DNA from: Daphnia carinata
Taxonomy: Eukaryota
Assembly: GCF_022539665.2 (NCBI RefSeq)
Contig: NC_081331.1
Location: 806,001 to 870,000 of the forward strand
Reading direction: 5' to 3'
DNA: 64,000 bases
A model generated the notes under the pieces. It was not told the DNA's origin. It searched no databases and saw only the letters and a list, made by a program, of their open reading frames with translations. Shown one piece after another: positions 15,301 to 28,860 of this stretch (its first letter is position 1; each line of letters opens with the position of its first letter). Both the position numbers and the translations under genes were made by a program.

Positions 15301-16408
15301 TACAGTGCATTCTTCTCTTCCCCAGCTGAAAACAAGGATGATTCTAATGTACACAGTGATGAAAAGGAAAAGCATCGGGACTCGCTTATGTTTAGGTTTC
15401 ACGGGATTGGGTCTTTAGGAGGCGCCGGTGCAAAGGAAACAGCTCCGCCCTCCCAGTTACGTCGTCGGCTTGTTCCAATTGGACGAAAGCACAATGTTTT
15501 TCGTCAGTAGCCGAAAAGAAGAATAAGAAACAGCCAAATGGGGTATGCACGTTGTGTATGTATGCATGCTCAAACACGCACGCGCATGCCTTTGGTCCGT
15601 TTGCGTCGTTTAGATCGAACTGAGAACTGTGTGTCTGGTGTACGAGGGCTGTCTTTATAATCTTCTGGTGAAGAAGCTACTACATAACACAAGTGAAACT
15701 GGCCGAGAAAACGATTGAATAAGAAGGTTTGATGTGATCTTGAGCGCAACTAGTAACCAATAGGAAGTAGGGTTGATCACTTGCATAACAAAACATTTTT
15801 TTTTGCTCAGTTTGTGTTTGCAAGGGAAAGACGTACTGTGTCAATATTATTTGCCGGCGTGAACAGTGAAAAAGTGCTGCAACTAGACGCAAAGCATTCG
15901 ATAGAATTGCACATGCATATTTATGTGGCACTTGCAACGATTGCTGTGATTGGAAAAAAGGAACAAGTTCAAGTTTAATTCGTCACTGTTTTACGTCATA
16001 ACAGCGACGGCAAGAATCCAGCCATTGGCGCAGCATCCTCGATCGTAGCAAACATGATACGAACGGTAAGAATTCAATATCTTATAAGACTAAATGGCAG
16101 CATAGTTTTCTAAAAGAAGACGGCTCGATCTTTGGCAGTAGAACAGACAGAGTAGAAACGCATAGCTTACTCTCATTGGGCTTCGTATTCGATGTGAAAT
16201 AGAGAAACGGTGACCCACGCCTTTTGGCTTTGATAACCTTTGATATGCGCTCTCTATCTTCGATGGCCTTTTTACCATCGTCATCTCTGCTGCTTGCTCT
16301 GGCTGCTGCCTAAAATCTATATGAGATGCGGGCCTTCTTCAGTTTCTATGCAACTCTGCCTGATGACCGTTTGGCTGCTGTATGTCTGTGATTGTGCCGC
16401 TACAGGAC

Positions 16409-18177
16409 ATGATGATGGACCCGTCGAGCGGCCTCAAGATCAAGCAGGAGATCTCCACTCCGTCACCATCACCATCTCAGCAGCATCACCTGCTGTCGAG
16501 TAAGTGGCAAACAAAAATGTCGAACCCAGAACAAAACAAATAAACAAAATTAACTTCGCGAAATTTCTTGCATTCTCGGTGATTATTAGGTTACCAACAA
16601 CACGTCAGCAATCAACAGCAGCAGTACTTTTTGCAGCAATCAGCGATTGAGGTTCACCATCACAAAAATCATCTACCGTCGTACGCGGCCGTTCACCAGC
16701 AGCAACACGGAGATCAGTTATCAATGAAAAGATCTGTCGATCACCGCAAGGAACAATCTTCTTCATCGTCGGCGCTGCAACAACAACATTCGTCGTCGGC
16801 AACGAAATCCGAGACGGATCAGCAACTGTCGCCAACACAGCATCAACAACAATCGGATTACAATCCCAACATAAAACCGCCCTATTCATATGTGGCTTTA
16901 ATTGCTATGGCCATCAAAGAGAGTCGTGAAAAGCGATTGACCCTGTCCGAAATTTACAAGTTCGTGATTTTGTTCATGCATGTATTTGGCCTATTTTTTT
17001 AAACGTTTCATTTGGTTGTTTGCAGTTACATAACTAAGAAGTTCCCTTATTACGAGAAGAACAAAAAGGGATGGCAGAACAGTATCCGACACAATCTAAG
17101 CCTGAACGAATGCTTCGTCAAAATCCCACGCGAAGGAAATGCGACAGGCGATCGTAAAGGAAACTATTGGACCCTAGGTAAAATATTCCCTTTCCAAACA
17201 TTGATTGTAACATACTTACGGCAAATTTACATGATTTCGTGTATCAAAAGACCCCCAATATGAAGACATGTTTGAGAATGGAAATTACAAGCGAAGACGT
17301 CGAATGAAACGACCGTATTCGATGAGTAACAGAGCAGCGGCCGCAGCTGCCGCGGCCGCCGCTCTCAACAAGCCCCTCTTCAATTCGGACGCATTAAGTG
17401 GACATATTGGCCGTACATTTTTCGCCCCCCCAGCTTATTCTCCGTAAGACACCATTGTATTTGTTTTGGGCTCGTATTTCAATGGTTTCTCATGGTTTAC
17501 GTTCTTGTAAAGGGCCGCTTGTTGGACTGGGGCCCATCATCAGACGTCTTCACTCACTTATACATCCGCCCATCATAGCAATTTCAACGCATTGCAAGCA
17601 CCGTTTAGGAAGTCATCACTCCCGCCCCAGGTATAATATTACTTGATAAACCATACAATCATTCAGAGCTGCAAAATAGGATTTGCATTTGAAATCCAAA
17701 TTTTCTAGATGCAGCCATCTCTACATCAGCCGCATTTCGCTTATCAGTCCATGGCCAACTACCCGACCATGTCTCACAGCAATTTACTTAGTTAGTTGCT
17801 CTCAGTATTCTAAATTCTTAAAACTATAAGGTAAATTGCTATGTCAGTATTCCTCTTCTCAAATAGACGGCCATCACCTGGCGGGAAATTCAAGTTACGC
17901 TAGCGGATCAAGTCCACTCGCTTACGCGGCCAACGGATGTAGCAGCAACCGACATCACCACCAACAACAGCAATCCGTCAGTAGTAGTGCTGGTGGTATT
18001 GAAACTAATGAAGCGGGTATGAGCCGTGAGACGTCGATGACCGCCGTCGGTGTTTCCACCGCGTCTTCTTCCGCTGATCTATCCGGCAGCTTCCCCGTCG
18101 CGAACTCGTCGTCATCATCTTCATCGTCCTCGTCGCATTACCACTACCATTCGTCTTGGAATGAAGCCAAGATCTAA
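16409..18177 (+). CDS. FOXL2: Forkhead box transcription factor FoxL2, multi-exon
   Basis: Forkhead domain [64 protein letters not shown]...[44 protein letters not shown] and [18 protein letters not shown] are characteristic of FoxL2. Confidence 0.9.
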
Positions 18178-19864
18178 ATACATAGTACAGTTGTTATACA
18201 CACGTCAGTCACTAGCGCCAGAAAAGAAACTGATCACAATGAGATGAAGAGAAGAGAATAAGCAAACAAGAAAAGACGAATTTCTTTCTAACTGTTTAAC
18301 ATTTGGTGTTTTTATTTCGCCTGTTTGTTTTTGTTTGTCAAATTTCAAACATGCACACACAAAAAAAAAAAATTATTATATAAGTACTGTAATGCGAATA
18401 TCTCGTTTTGTCTTGTTGGGAATCTCACTACATTACACATTCATCGTGCACAAAGACGAAAATATTTACTTTTTCCATCCTTATTTTTGGTATAGTTTTC
18501 ACTGGCACGCGGGCAGTGTACAATGCTAGCTTGCATAAAAGCCTCAGTGCCCTTTTGCTTTTTAAACTGATACAAGATCTGAAACGGAAATTGGAGAAGT
18601 GTTAAGCAGAGGAAGAAATCGCTGGTGTTCAGGGACCATCAGCCGTACTCTACAAACTTCTTATTTCCGGAGTTGAAGCACACAAACATCCATTTCTCCT
18701 TTACTTTGTGAAAAATTCCTTCACTACCGCATAGGCCTGCCGATTGCCTACATGCTGTGTGTAACTATAACTAGCCTATATAAGTGGGACTGGTAGGAAC
18801 CATCTGGCTCCTTTGCTGGTGGTATCTAGCCCATGTCAGTTGAAATGAATCGACTCCAGCTCCATTCCCAGCTGCTACCGAGTGACGCGAGTATCTTAAC
18901 TTCCGTTGGCCGCGACGACTTGGCTGGTTAATTGTTCTCACTATTCATTATTTCACTATATGTTTAGGGTAGACGAGAGCACCATTCCGTAGGAATAAAT
19001 TACTGTTCGATCACTTTATTTTTATTGTTCTAAAAAAATTCGGTGGTTTTTGGCTGAAAGTTGTGCTGTCACACCATTTATTCTAATGACGACGTGGCAG
19101 TTTGGCCGACAAAACGTTTTTGGAATATCTTTGTTCTCGCGTTTGAAAGAAGCGTGCAAGGACGCACGATTAACGGACCCATGCGTGACCCTAAGCGGCT
19201 CAAGCGTTTTCCTTAAAAAAGTGTCAGTCGGGAAAAGGGTCGATAAATCGACGACACTTTCGCACCTGTTGGGGTTATTTCACTGTTGTCGCTGTTTGCC
19301 TTGACTTTTCTTCTTCTGTTGTCTCTCTTTATTTTTATGAATTTATTACACCTCATTCCTTTTCTTTCTTTCATAGTCCTTCTCCTCTATCTGGGTGTTT
19401 CGGAAACGTTTTCAGGACTTATCATTTGATAACGAATGATTAAAGAATTGCACGACTAATAAATTAAGTCATTTTTAGTAAAGCGACGTCCTACTTCATA
19501 AAAAAAAAAACATCAACAAAAATGGGTATATGTGTCTGATCTGCTGTAATTTACTAGTATTACATAATTTTCTAGCGACTACCCGGAATACTTTCCTATT
19601 AACGTAACATAACGGCACGCAGCGCAAGTCGTCTAGATTGAATGTCATCACAGAAAAGGAAAATATTTTGACAAATGGAGTCATCGTTGATTACTAACGG
19701 ATGTCCTTGATTTTTTTTAATAGTTACCGCTTGGCAGTGCTTTTACCACATACAAGACGCAAACTGAGTTCTTTCACTATAGTTTAGAACTGACGTCATT
19801 TTTATTACGTTTACACCTGACATTTATCCCTTCTACTTTCGCTTCTTTTGTTTTATTTTGTAGC

Positions 19865-20300
19865 AAAAAGAATGAGAAAACAATTTTCCCGGAATCAGCA
19901 TTCCATTTTGAGTGTATTCTGTGATATTCAACCAATTCCGATGAGTGTTAGTTTTTGCAGAAAAATTTTTTAAGCCCGACTAAATAAGCCCGACTTTTCT
20001 TATATCCTTAGCCAGGCTTATTTAGTCGGGCTAAGGATTTTATATTTTAGATTACTCAAAAACCATAAAATCTACGTAAAAAGTTGTTTAGGGTTATTTT
20101 GTCGGGCTTAAAAATTTCTATCGCACCTACTTTTATATTTTAGATTACTCAAAACCGATAAAATCCACGTAAAAACTAAATTCATTTTCGTAATTCGTGT
20201 TATATTTTGAATCTAAATTATATATAGTTACCTAGATTTATTGATATTATTTATTTAAAGGAAAATTCGGGCTTATTTTTTGTCGGGCTTAAAATTTCCT
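19865..20300. mobile_element. Second, rearranged copy of the TAAGCCCGAC repeat family
   Basis: CAATTTTCCCGGAATCAGCATT...GTGATATTCAACCAATTCCGAT...TAAGCCCGAC (about 19880-20000) matches about 9619-9740. About 20100-20230 is the reverse complement of about 10290-10435. Confidence 0.75.
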
Positions 20301-21750
20301 TAATTTCCACAAAAAGTGATGTTACGGTAGAGGCGCGTCTAAGTGGGAGAATATTTCGATGGTAACGTGACTCCATTGTTATGGACTGAAACGAATTTAA
20401 CGAGGACTAAATTGGCCGTATGTGTATGAAATACTTTTCTTTTTGTTTGGTTAAGAACAACATACAGAAGGATGATGGGGATTCTTCTTCTAAACTAAAG
20501 GGGATACGGATTCTACAGGGAACGTTTCAGATGGTATCAGTTCACTTTTAATCGGTTGAATAATAGACGTGAAACTTTTGGGTACCTCTCCTGCGATATC
20601 TGGATAGTATTACACATCGGAAAAATTGCGTCGCTCAACAGCTTCTTGCTACCTACCGTTTCAATGGTATTCTGTGTTTGTTTCTATAAAAATGTATATA
20701 CTTGCACTAGATATATCTTCTCATTAAGCAAATCCTTTTTTCTTTTTTTTTTTTCATGTAACCAGATTTTAATCTAGAATACACCCAAGACCAACAGTGC
20801 AGCTAAGCAGCGATCGAGTTTCAGGAAAAACTTGCAGCTTTTGCCTGGCTAGCTCCGACTGTGAAGCTGTTGCTGATATCGACGATAACCTCAAAGTTCC
20901 ATTGAGTTTATAGTGGCAATGCTTCTCTCTCGACAACTTGTATCTCTGTTTCAAATTTATGAACGATTTTATTTGACATTCTTTTGCTTCATTCTTTTTT
21001 TTTTTTTCTAACATCACATCGGCGTGGAGTCACGTGATGTCATGCGAAACTTGTATTTCTATGTTGGCGAAAACGCATTCAACTAAATCAGTTTACGTTC
21101 GTTTGAAATTCTAAATGTAATCTCAGTTGCAAGAACGGTACGGACCACCCACGCAAGCCATTGGCGAAGAACGATATTCCTCTTCACTTGGACGTACCGT
21201 GGGCCTACCGCGACCCCCCCCCCCCCCTTCCATCTCAAAGACGCTTAACTTCTTGGCAGGTCCAGGGTTCCGATGACAAGTAAAACATCATAAATGTTTC
21301 GCTCGTGTTACATGTTTTTAAATATTTAGATCACATTACCGCACGTAACCGTACAACGCAGGCATTTCAGTTGCGTCATGTTGGTCGTTCAACGGCATTT
21401 TTTTGCCCACTTTCTCTTAAGGGAAACACAATGCTTACATGAAACAAATGAAGGATAGTACTTTTATATTGTACTAAAAGAAAAATTCAGTTCAAGTATA
21501 ACAAGAATGTAGTTGAAATTATTTCGTTTGTGGCGAATGGTGGAACGGCGAAACACTTAGCAACACTATGGAAAAGGAAAATTCCACGTCGTCTTCCCCA
21601 TTACTATTGGATGCCTCTCAAGCGACAAGTAGTTAGATGATATCAATTATTTGGGTATCAGCCACGAGACGCTGAAAACTTAAACAAAACATGGGCAAAA
21701 ATATTTGTAGAAAACAAAAAATCATTATAGGTGGTGGTTCACTGCCATAT

Positions 21751-24700
21751 TTAATCGTCGAGGAGGTCGTCGTCCAAATTAACTTCGGACGTATCGACGT
21801 TATCGTCTAACTCAAGATTTTCCAAGTCAAGTTCCAGATCACGGTCAAGTTGGCTGGAAGCCTGAGCTGATTTGGTGTCAGAATCCGCAGACTGGAAATC
21901 TTCCGCGTCATCGTCCAACAGATTTTTAGGTTGATTGGCGGCCTCAAATGCAGGCTTCGTAGCAGACTCTGGTACCGCACTGACGGAAGCGATCGAATGA
22001 TGCTGCTCACTGGCTTCTTCAACTTCTTTTTCTTCTTCTACAAAGGACACTTTGGCGCATGCAACGTGATGAAACTGATCATTTTGTTCAGCCAAACGCA
22101 TCTCGTCAACAGGATGTCTCTCCCAGTTGTGGGGCAGCGCAGGGTAAGCAGAGGCCGGCATCTGCTGGCGTCTCTGTTCAAGAAACTGCTCCGTCTTCAA
22201 AGCATCCATCAAACCTGGGAAGAGATTGTCGTACTGGGCTGGATCGGCCAGACTCTGACTGGCTTTGGCATTGACCTGGCTAAGGCTAAGCTTCCAGAGC
22301 TGGACGACGCGAGAGATTTGGCTGGGCAGGTAGGTGCGTGCAAAGAAGGCAGCCTCGGGAATGCGTTGGGTATTGATCAAAATCTCAAGGCAAGCGTTCA
22401 AGTCGCCACTGAGGAAGCGCGTCAAAAACGCAACGTTGTTCATGCCAGCTCCGATGGCGTCGTCGCCCAGCCGTTGCACCATTTCGGCGTTGCCTAAACA
22501 GCGCAACAAGTTATTAGTGATCTGTGATCGTCAATGGCAATTGTTGCAAACTGTGGATAGCATACCGGACGCAGTGGCCAAGAGGAGGAGACCTCCAAAA
22601 TCTTGGGCCTTGTGAAGACACTCTTGAGCTAACTCGAACTGGCATTTAGTTGTGGCCAAATCGGCAAGTTGCTTCCACTTGTGTTCACTTTGGGCCTCGC
22701 AAGCCAGCTGGTAGGCTAGTTGCAATTGTCCTAGTTGGAGCGAAAGTTCGAAACGATGTTCGGGATCAGCAGAAACGGCCAAAGCTTGTTCCTTGAATCC
22801 CTGTTTCTCGAGAAAGTGTGCAACTCTGGTACGTTGTTCTTTGGGAACTGAGGGGAGAACTCGATCAGCGGTTTCGAAATCTCGTCGCATGACCGCCGTC
22901 TGATACTCCAGCACCGAGAGCTGCAATCCATAGGAGACAACATTCAACTCCTTGTCGCCCAGGTAAAGGCTATTATCCTTGGGAATATACCCCAACAAGT
23001 ACATCACTCTGGAATAGACAGAACAAATTTTTTCACAGAGGTTTTCAATACGGGTTACGGTTTTGCCATATGCCTACCTGTCAAGATGGGCGACTGTCAC
23101 AATTTCTCCACCGACGTAATAATTCAGGCGATTGGCACTGTTGGTGTAGATAAAGCAATCGCCAACCCAAAGGCCCGTCTTGACACTCTCTTGCACTTCG
23201 GACAACATATCGAAAGCCGTCTAAATTACAGGAAAGCCCTTGATCGAATCAGAAATCGATTTCTTTAACATTTTTTTAAATTAAAGCACCTCGATCCCAG
23301 CATCATCTGTAAGGCCTTCCTTGGTTTCGAAGCTCTTGGCTACAGCATCAGCATCATAACGCAAAATGAAATAGCTATCTTCGGTAGAAATGCAAACTAA
23401 TTCTCCATTCTCCGACCAGTACACACCGCGTGGTTGGATTTCAATTCGGCGAATCAACGTGAGATTGTCCCATTCATAGAATGCTAAACTGTTGGCTGAC
23501 CGGACACCAAGCATTGCTCCACCGAAAATTCCTGGACGAGTGGCAATATTATGTTAGTTGACTCTCATCTGGATATTCAAGAAAAGCGCATAACACATTA
23601 CCTTCTGCTCCAAGCTCAGGTTTAAACTGCTTCTTTTCCTTGAAATTCTTAAAAACTTTAACAGATGTGGCACTTTCGCGAACGGCATACTCGGAGGAAT
23701 CAACTGCCCATACGAATTCCAACGCTGAGCCGAAAGCCTTGTTGCGTAGAGCCATAGCTGTGTAGATTATATACTCGCCGTCACCGCAAACAACGACGAA
23801 TCTGTTTTTTTTTTTTTCAAACAGGATTCTTGTATACAACTTTTTAAACACGCAAAGAATATAGAAAAATACCTTCCGTTTGGATTATGAGCTACTGTTT
23901 GCGGATAGATCTCACAAGCACCCATATCTTTGATAGCCAGCGGAAGGCGTTCGCCATCCTTTATCTCTGAGTCTGGCAGCGCTTTGAGATTAGCTTGTTG
24001 GATCTCTGAATGCTTAGCCCAGATGATTTTTCCGCTTTGGTCCATCGACATGGCAGGTTCTTCTCTACCTAACTTGATCATGATAGATCCCTCATCATAA
24101 CCCAGGGCGATGTTATTAGAGCCGGGTAAACAGCAAATTGTCCAGACACGTTCCAAACCATAATTGAGTGTAGTCTCCAGCCGATAGGTATTTGAATGCC
24201 AGACCCTATATACAGAAGATAATTATATTTGATGAGAAACACATGAGTATTGGAATGGATTAAGCACCTGACTGTTCCATCTTCAGAGCCCGTAAGGAGA
24301 ATTGGAAGTTCAGGATGAAAAGCAACTGATGAAATGTTCTGAGCATGTCCTTCAAGGGTTTGCACGCACGTTTTATTTTGATAATCCCAAATTTTTACAA
24401 GACGATCATCTGCTCCGGAAATTAAATAAGGTTTGTCGCCAGCGTGGTAATAGTCCACACAATTGACGCCCTTCTCATGGCCCTCAAGTGTGAAATTAGG
24501 GCTGTTGGAGCCCAACTGCCAAACCTAGAACAGAGAATATTTAATTTAATAATCACAGCAGATAGAAAAATAATGTCATAATACCTTGACTGTTCTATCA
24601 AGAGAGGCAGTGGCAAATGTGTTATTATCCTTAGGATTAATGACAATTTGCATAACATAATGGGTATGTCCTTCGAAAACCTGTTGACATGCCCAGTTCT

Positions 24701-25359
24701 TTTCCCAATTCCACAATTTAATTGACATGTCATCTACAAAAAAAAAAGAGAAAAAAAGGATGAGTTTTATACTTGATATGCTTCCAATACTCCATTTTGT
24801 ACAATATTGTTAACATACCACTGCTGGTCAATATAAAGGGTTGAGTGGGATGGACAGCAATGCAACGAACATAGTCAGAATGAGCTTCAAATGCTGTCAC
24901 ACGATCAAGTGTGTTGTAATTGAATACTCTAACCTGTAAATATTATTACATTACATTTAAGAAAATTTCCAAGAAATGAAATTCATACCTGCATATCATC
25001 TGAACCACTAACAACCCAATTTTTTCTTGGGACAAATTTAACAGCACGAACAGGTAAATCACAAACCTACATTAAAAAAATGATTGATCAATATCCTACA
25101 AAATGATTAAATATATCACATTGTACCTCAAAGGATTTGATGATTTGTTGTGATTCATGGTTCCAAATGTGAACGTTTCCGTTATATAGGGAGGCCAACA
25201 TCCATGGCTCAGTTGGATGCAAGTCAACACTTTTAACTCGATCGGAACGGGCAGTAAGCCTTCGCTTGATATCTAATTTTAACGGCTAAATATAAAATAA
25301 TATTTCGTTAGTGTCTATAACGGTGGTGTTCGAAATAAATATTATTTATGTTAAACCAT
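21751..25359 (-). CDS. COPB2: Coatomer subunit beta' (COPI), multi-exon
   Basis: ATG-only first coding exon at 25357-25359, then [26 protein letters not shown]40 segment [62 protein letters not shown]; acidic tail. Confidence 0.96.
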
Positions 25360-25661
25360 TTTGTTATGAAGATGAATCAGACTACGTGGCCGGTAAAAGG
25401 AGACTTTTTTGTCGATCTGTCATCTCTTAAAAGCAGTATTGCCAGATTAGAGTGATTGCTAAACAAATTATTGCTGTAATTTTTTTTCTTACACTTTAAA
25501 TTGGCAAATTATTTGAAGTATCATTATTACTCTATTTTTTAAATATTTTTAACGATATAGCCAATATCATGATATCTATAAGAAACGTAAATGTATTAGG
25601 CTTCCTCTGCAATGGCAACACCAATCTGTTCAAAACAAACTGCCAAACTACCAAATATCTA

Positions 25662-26102
25662 ATGGACACCGCTACGATTATTATCCGAATTATTCGGTCA
25701 TTTGAGTATCGGAACATTCGAAATGTGGTCTTGAAGGACGTATCGCTTCTTTTAACAACTGACGAATTAAAATCAAGAATAGTTAAAGAGCTAAGCGTTG
25801 CTCCAGGGCTACCACCACCGTTCCGCAGATACGACTATGATACTTTGAAGGTAATATAGCGCCAAATTCTATTGTTACTTATTACCATAAAATTATAAGC
25901 TCTACAGATAGAACATCATGCTTATGGTGCAAAAACAAATGATCCAGTTATTAACCAGGAGAATGACGAAGGCCTTATTCTCAAAGCAGGATGTACACTT
26001 GATGAAAGTGATGTGAGAAATGAAACTGAAATTTCTTTCTTCAAATATGAAGATTATTTGATGTATAAAAACAACCCTGTCTTGAAATTTGGATCTGGTT
26101 AA
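25662..26102 (+). CDS. C2orf76: UPF0538 / C2orf76 homolog (DUF2340, ubiquitin-like fold), two exons
   Basis: MDTATIIIRIIRSFEYRNIRNVVLK...GLPPPFRRYDYDTLK|IEHHAYGAKTNDPVIN...NETEISFFKYEDY...KNNP. Family motifs RxIRSFExRN, YDTLKI, GAKT and NETEISFF are all present. Confidence 0.88.
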
Positions 26103-26445
26103 CTACTGAAAAGGCATTTTATTAGCACCCACATCACCTGTGCTTGTTGCAATGATGTGGTATTCATTCATTTAATAAGTTTGTGTCAAATACACTAAAG
26201 TATTTTTTGATTTATTTTCAAAATTAAATATGAAGAGGTGGCGTGTTCCTATTCATAGTTGTTTGATTGCCGAAAGTCATTATAAAGTATTAGGGCGTTA
26301 GTAGGAGAAATACACCAAAAAAATCGAGCAGACGAAAATAATTTGCCTGACTTGGCAAGGGGCCATTGTTGACAGGTTTTGTGTTGTTGTGATGGTAGAC
26401 CAGTAAATGCTGAGCTTGAATGTGTTGACATGAAAATTCTGCAGG

Positions 26446-27212
26446 ATGGATAAAGTGAAAAAATACTGGCAAACAGTTATAAAAGAGCGAGAGGGCTTCT
26501 GGAGCTCTTTGTTTAGCAAGGTAATGGCTTGCTACTTTTGAAGGTGTGTATGACTCTACCTCTTTAGTTAAACTAGTATGAAGAGGAAAAGGAAGATGTC
26601 GACCTTCGATCTTATATGGATAATAGCTCATCAAGGATCGAAACGTTATTGCAACTAGCGGTTGCTAATGGGGAGGATGCCAACCCCGAACATCCATGTA
26701 CCAAAGTGGCACAATGCTCTGAAGAGCAGCCGTGTGAAGTGTCAGATACTAACCTTCAACTTAGTGATGATGTAAATCAAGGTAGGTTTATTCTGTTTAT
26801 TAAAACAGTGGCCTAAAAGTAATATTATATGGGAATTTTTTGGCCAACAGAGCCAAAACAAAGAAAGTCAACATGCTTCAATCATCCAGTTGCACAAGTG
26901 AAAAAGGCAGAGCCACCTGCATATGTTGTCGAAATTATGCCAGAGGAAGAAGATGAAAAATGGAAGTCAATTTTATTCTCAACTAAAAAATTGAAACTTT
27001 ATGATTCTTTAGTGAAGACTAAAGATAGTATGGAGGACTTTGTCACTGATGATCAATCAGTAAAGTCAATTGAAAGTTCTCATAGTGAAGCCGTAAATGA
27101 AAGCCTTGCGCCAAACGTGTCTATGCAAAGTGAGCCGTTAAGATTCGTTTGTCGTCGTATAAAACCAGGTAGCTCTCACGCACCATCTCCGAAAAGATTC
27201 AAGCTTGCTTAG
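26446..27212 (+). CDS. Orphan 213-aa protein, probably nuclear (three coding exons 26446-26520, 26577-26781, 26851-27212); candidate Scm3/HJURP/CAL1-type CENP-A chaperone
   Basis: Frame-consistent GT-AG splicing gives MDKVKKYWQTVIKEREGFWSSLFSK|YEEEKEDVDLRSYMDNSS...HAPSPKRFKLA*. The C-terminus has an NLS-like/CDK-like SPKRFK. The gene model is fairly secure; the chaperone identity is inference. Confidence 0.65.
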
Positions 27213-28860
27213 CAAGTTTGGAATCACATCGTTTCAAAATTGCCGTAACTCATCATTGTTATCTCATTGTAAAATTTCATCGTAAAAACCTACGTTTACG
27301 AATAAAGAACCAAGCAATGTCAATACGTTTTATTGGTTGGATGTCTTCTGTGCTCACGTATCCATCACGTTGTGGACTAATCACGGAAAAGGTAATACTC
27401 TTTTGTCCACGGTTGGCCAAACACATTGGCTTCAAATCAGTGAGAGATTATCTCTAACCTAAAACTCCAGCACGCGATGTAGTGTATCCTACATTCCGAT
27501 AGTGGAACTGGTGATCACTTGATAAACAGCCCGCATTTTTGTCAATAAAAATCATGCTTCCCGTTTCTCAGTGGGGCGCTAGCGTGATTCCAATTGACTG
27601 AAATGCAGAACCTAAATATGATGTCTAAAATGCATGCAGTATCACGAAAACAGAGGCCATATTGCTAAATCCAAGGTCTCGATTGCAACCTCACATGATC
27701 TTGGAAACGCGTGGAACGTAGCACACACTCGCATTCACAGTAATTATCGGACAATGGTCTGACGATGTACGTCACGCCCAAATCCAGTCAACGTACGAAA
27801 ATTCGTTCTGCGCTGCTATTTCCTTGATACTGAACGCGTTCGTTAATCATGCCCATTCGGCACTCGCCAAGCCGAAATATTCGTAAAGGTTCTGTAATTA
27901 CTCACCAACTGCCGGTTTCAATTTCTCCGCCTAAAGGAAGATGCATAATGTGCGTGCAGCTTCTGTGATCCGCACGCTCGGCGCGATGATGTGTGATCTG
28001 TTTTTCTGATTGATAAGCTGTGTGGTGAGACGAACACGTCTAGATCCCGCCGGTCAGATATTTAACCTTCAACATATGTCGTTCCTTCAGTTCTAGGACG
28101 GATCTCTGACGCGATGAAATTTTACGCACTTTCAGATAGGTTCAATTTGCTGCTCAACAACATTAAATATCTATAATTTTCCTTCATTATTGTGTTTCTG
28201 AAATATTACTAGACCATGAAGACCAAGTGTAGTAAAAATGATGTTGAAAATATCAAAACATCTTGCATTTCCATATGACAAGCTATGAGGTCGACGCGTA
28301 TTAGTGAATGATGTCGATGACCGGCTATATATATATACTGTATATATAAAATTTTAATATATTGACTATGCTTAACGCTGTCCATAGTTGAGCAAAAATA
28401 GCTTTGCATACACTCGTATAGGAACTCATAGTACGCAAACGATAGGTAGAAGTAAACCATTGGTTTTGATTGCTGCACTGTGTATTGTAGTACTGTTATA
28501 TTGTAATCTATTGGCTAGATGGGCTGGACGGCAACGTTTCAGAAACTGGCAGATGCCTTCATGTAAAGACAATTTGCGTGGTTTAGATCAACGATAACAG
28601 ATGTTTACTTTGAGCTGATTCTTCTGTCTGGAAGAAGAGAAGTGGTTTTTCTGGTCAATCGTAAGCTGACTGCACGGAATTTCAATACAATCATCAACGA
28701 ATACATCCCGAAGCCATAATTAACTTAAATATTAAAAAAGGGGTAGAATTGCTGCCACAATGAGTCGGGTTGCGAACCATTGGCAACATAATAATACGGG
28801 TAACAATAATTTTATAGAAAACTTGGGTCAATTTTCACAGTGCTAAGAGAAGGATGAAAG

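Noticed and set aside
12656..16300. Short ORFs upstream of FoxL2
   Set aside because: No recognisable motifs or coherent exon chain; more likely 5' regulatory, UTR or intron sequence.
21931..22615. 188-aa and 93-aa + strand ORFs
   Set aside because: Antisense to COPB2 coding exons with no recognisable motifs.
26290..26634. 114-aa minus-strand ORF
   Set aside because: It overlaps the better supported + strand spliced gene starting at 26446 and has no motif.
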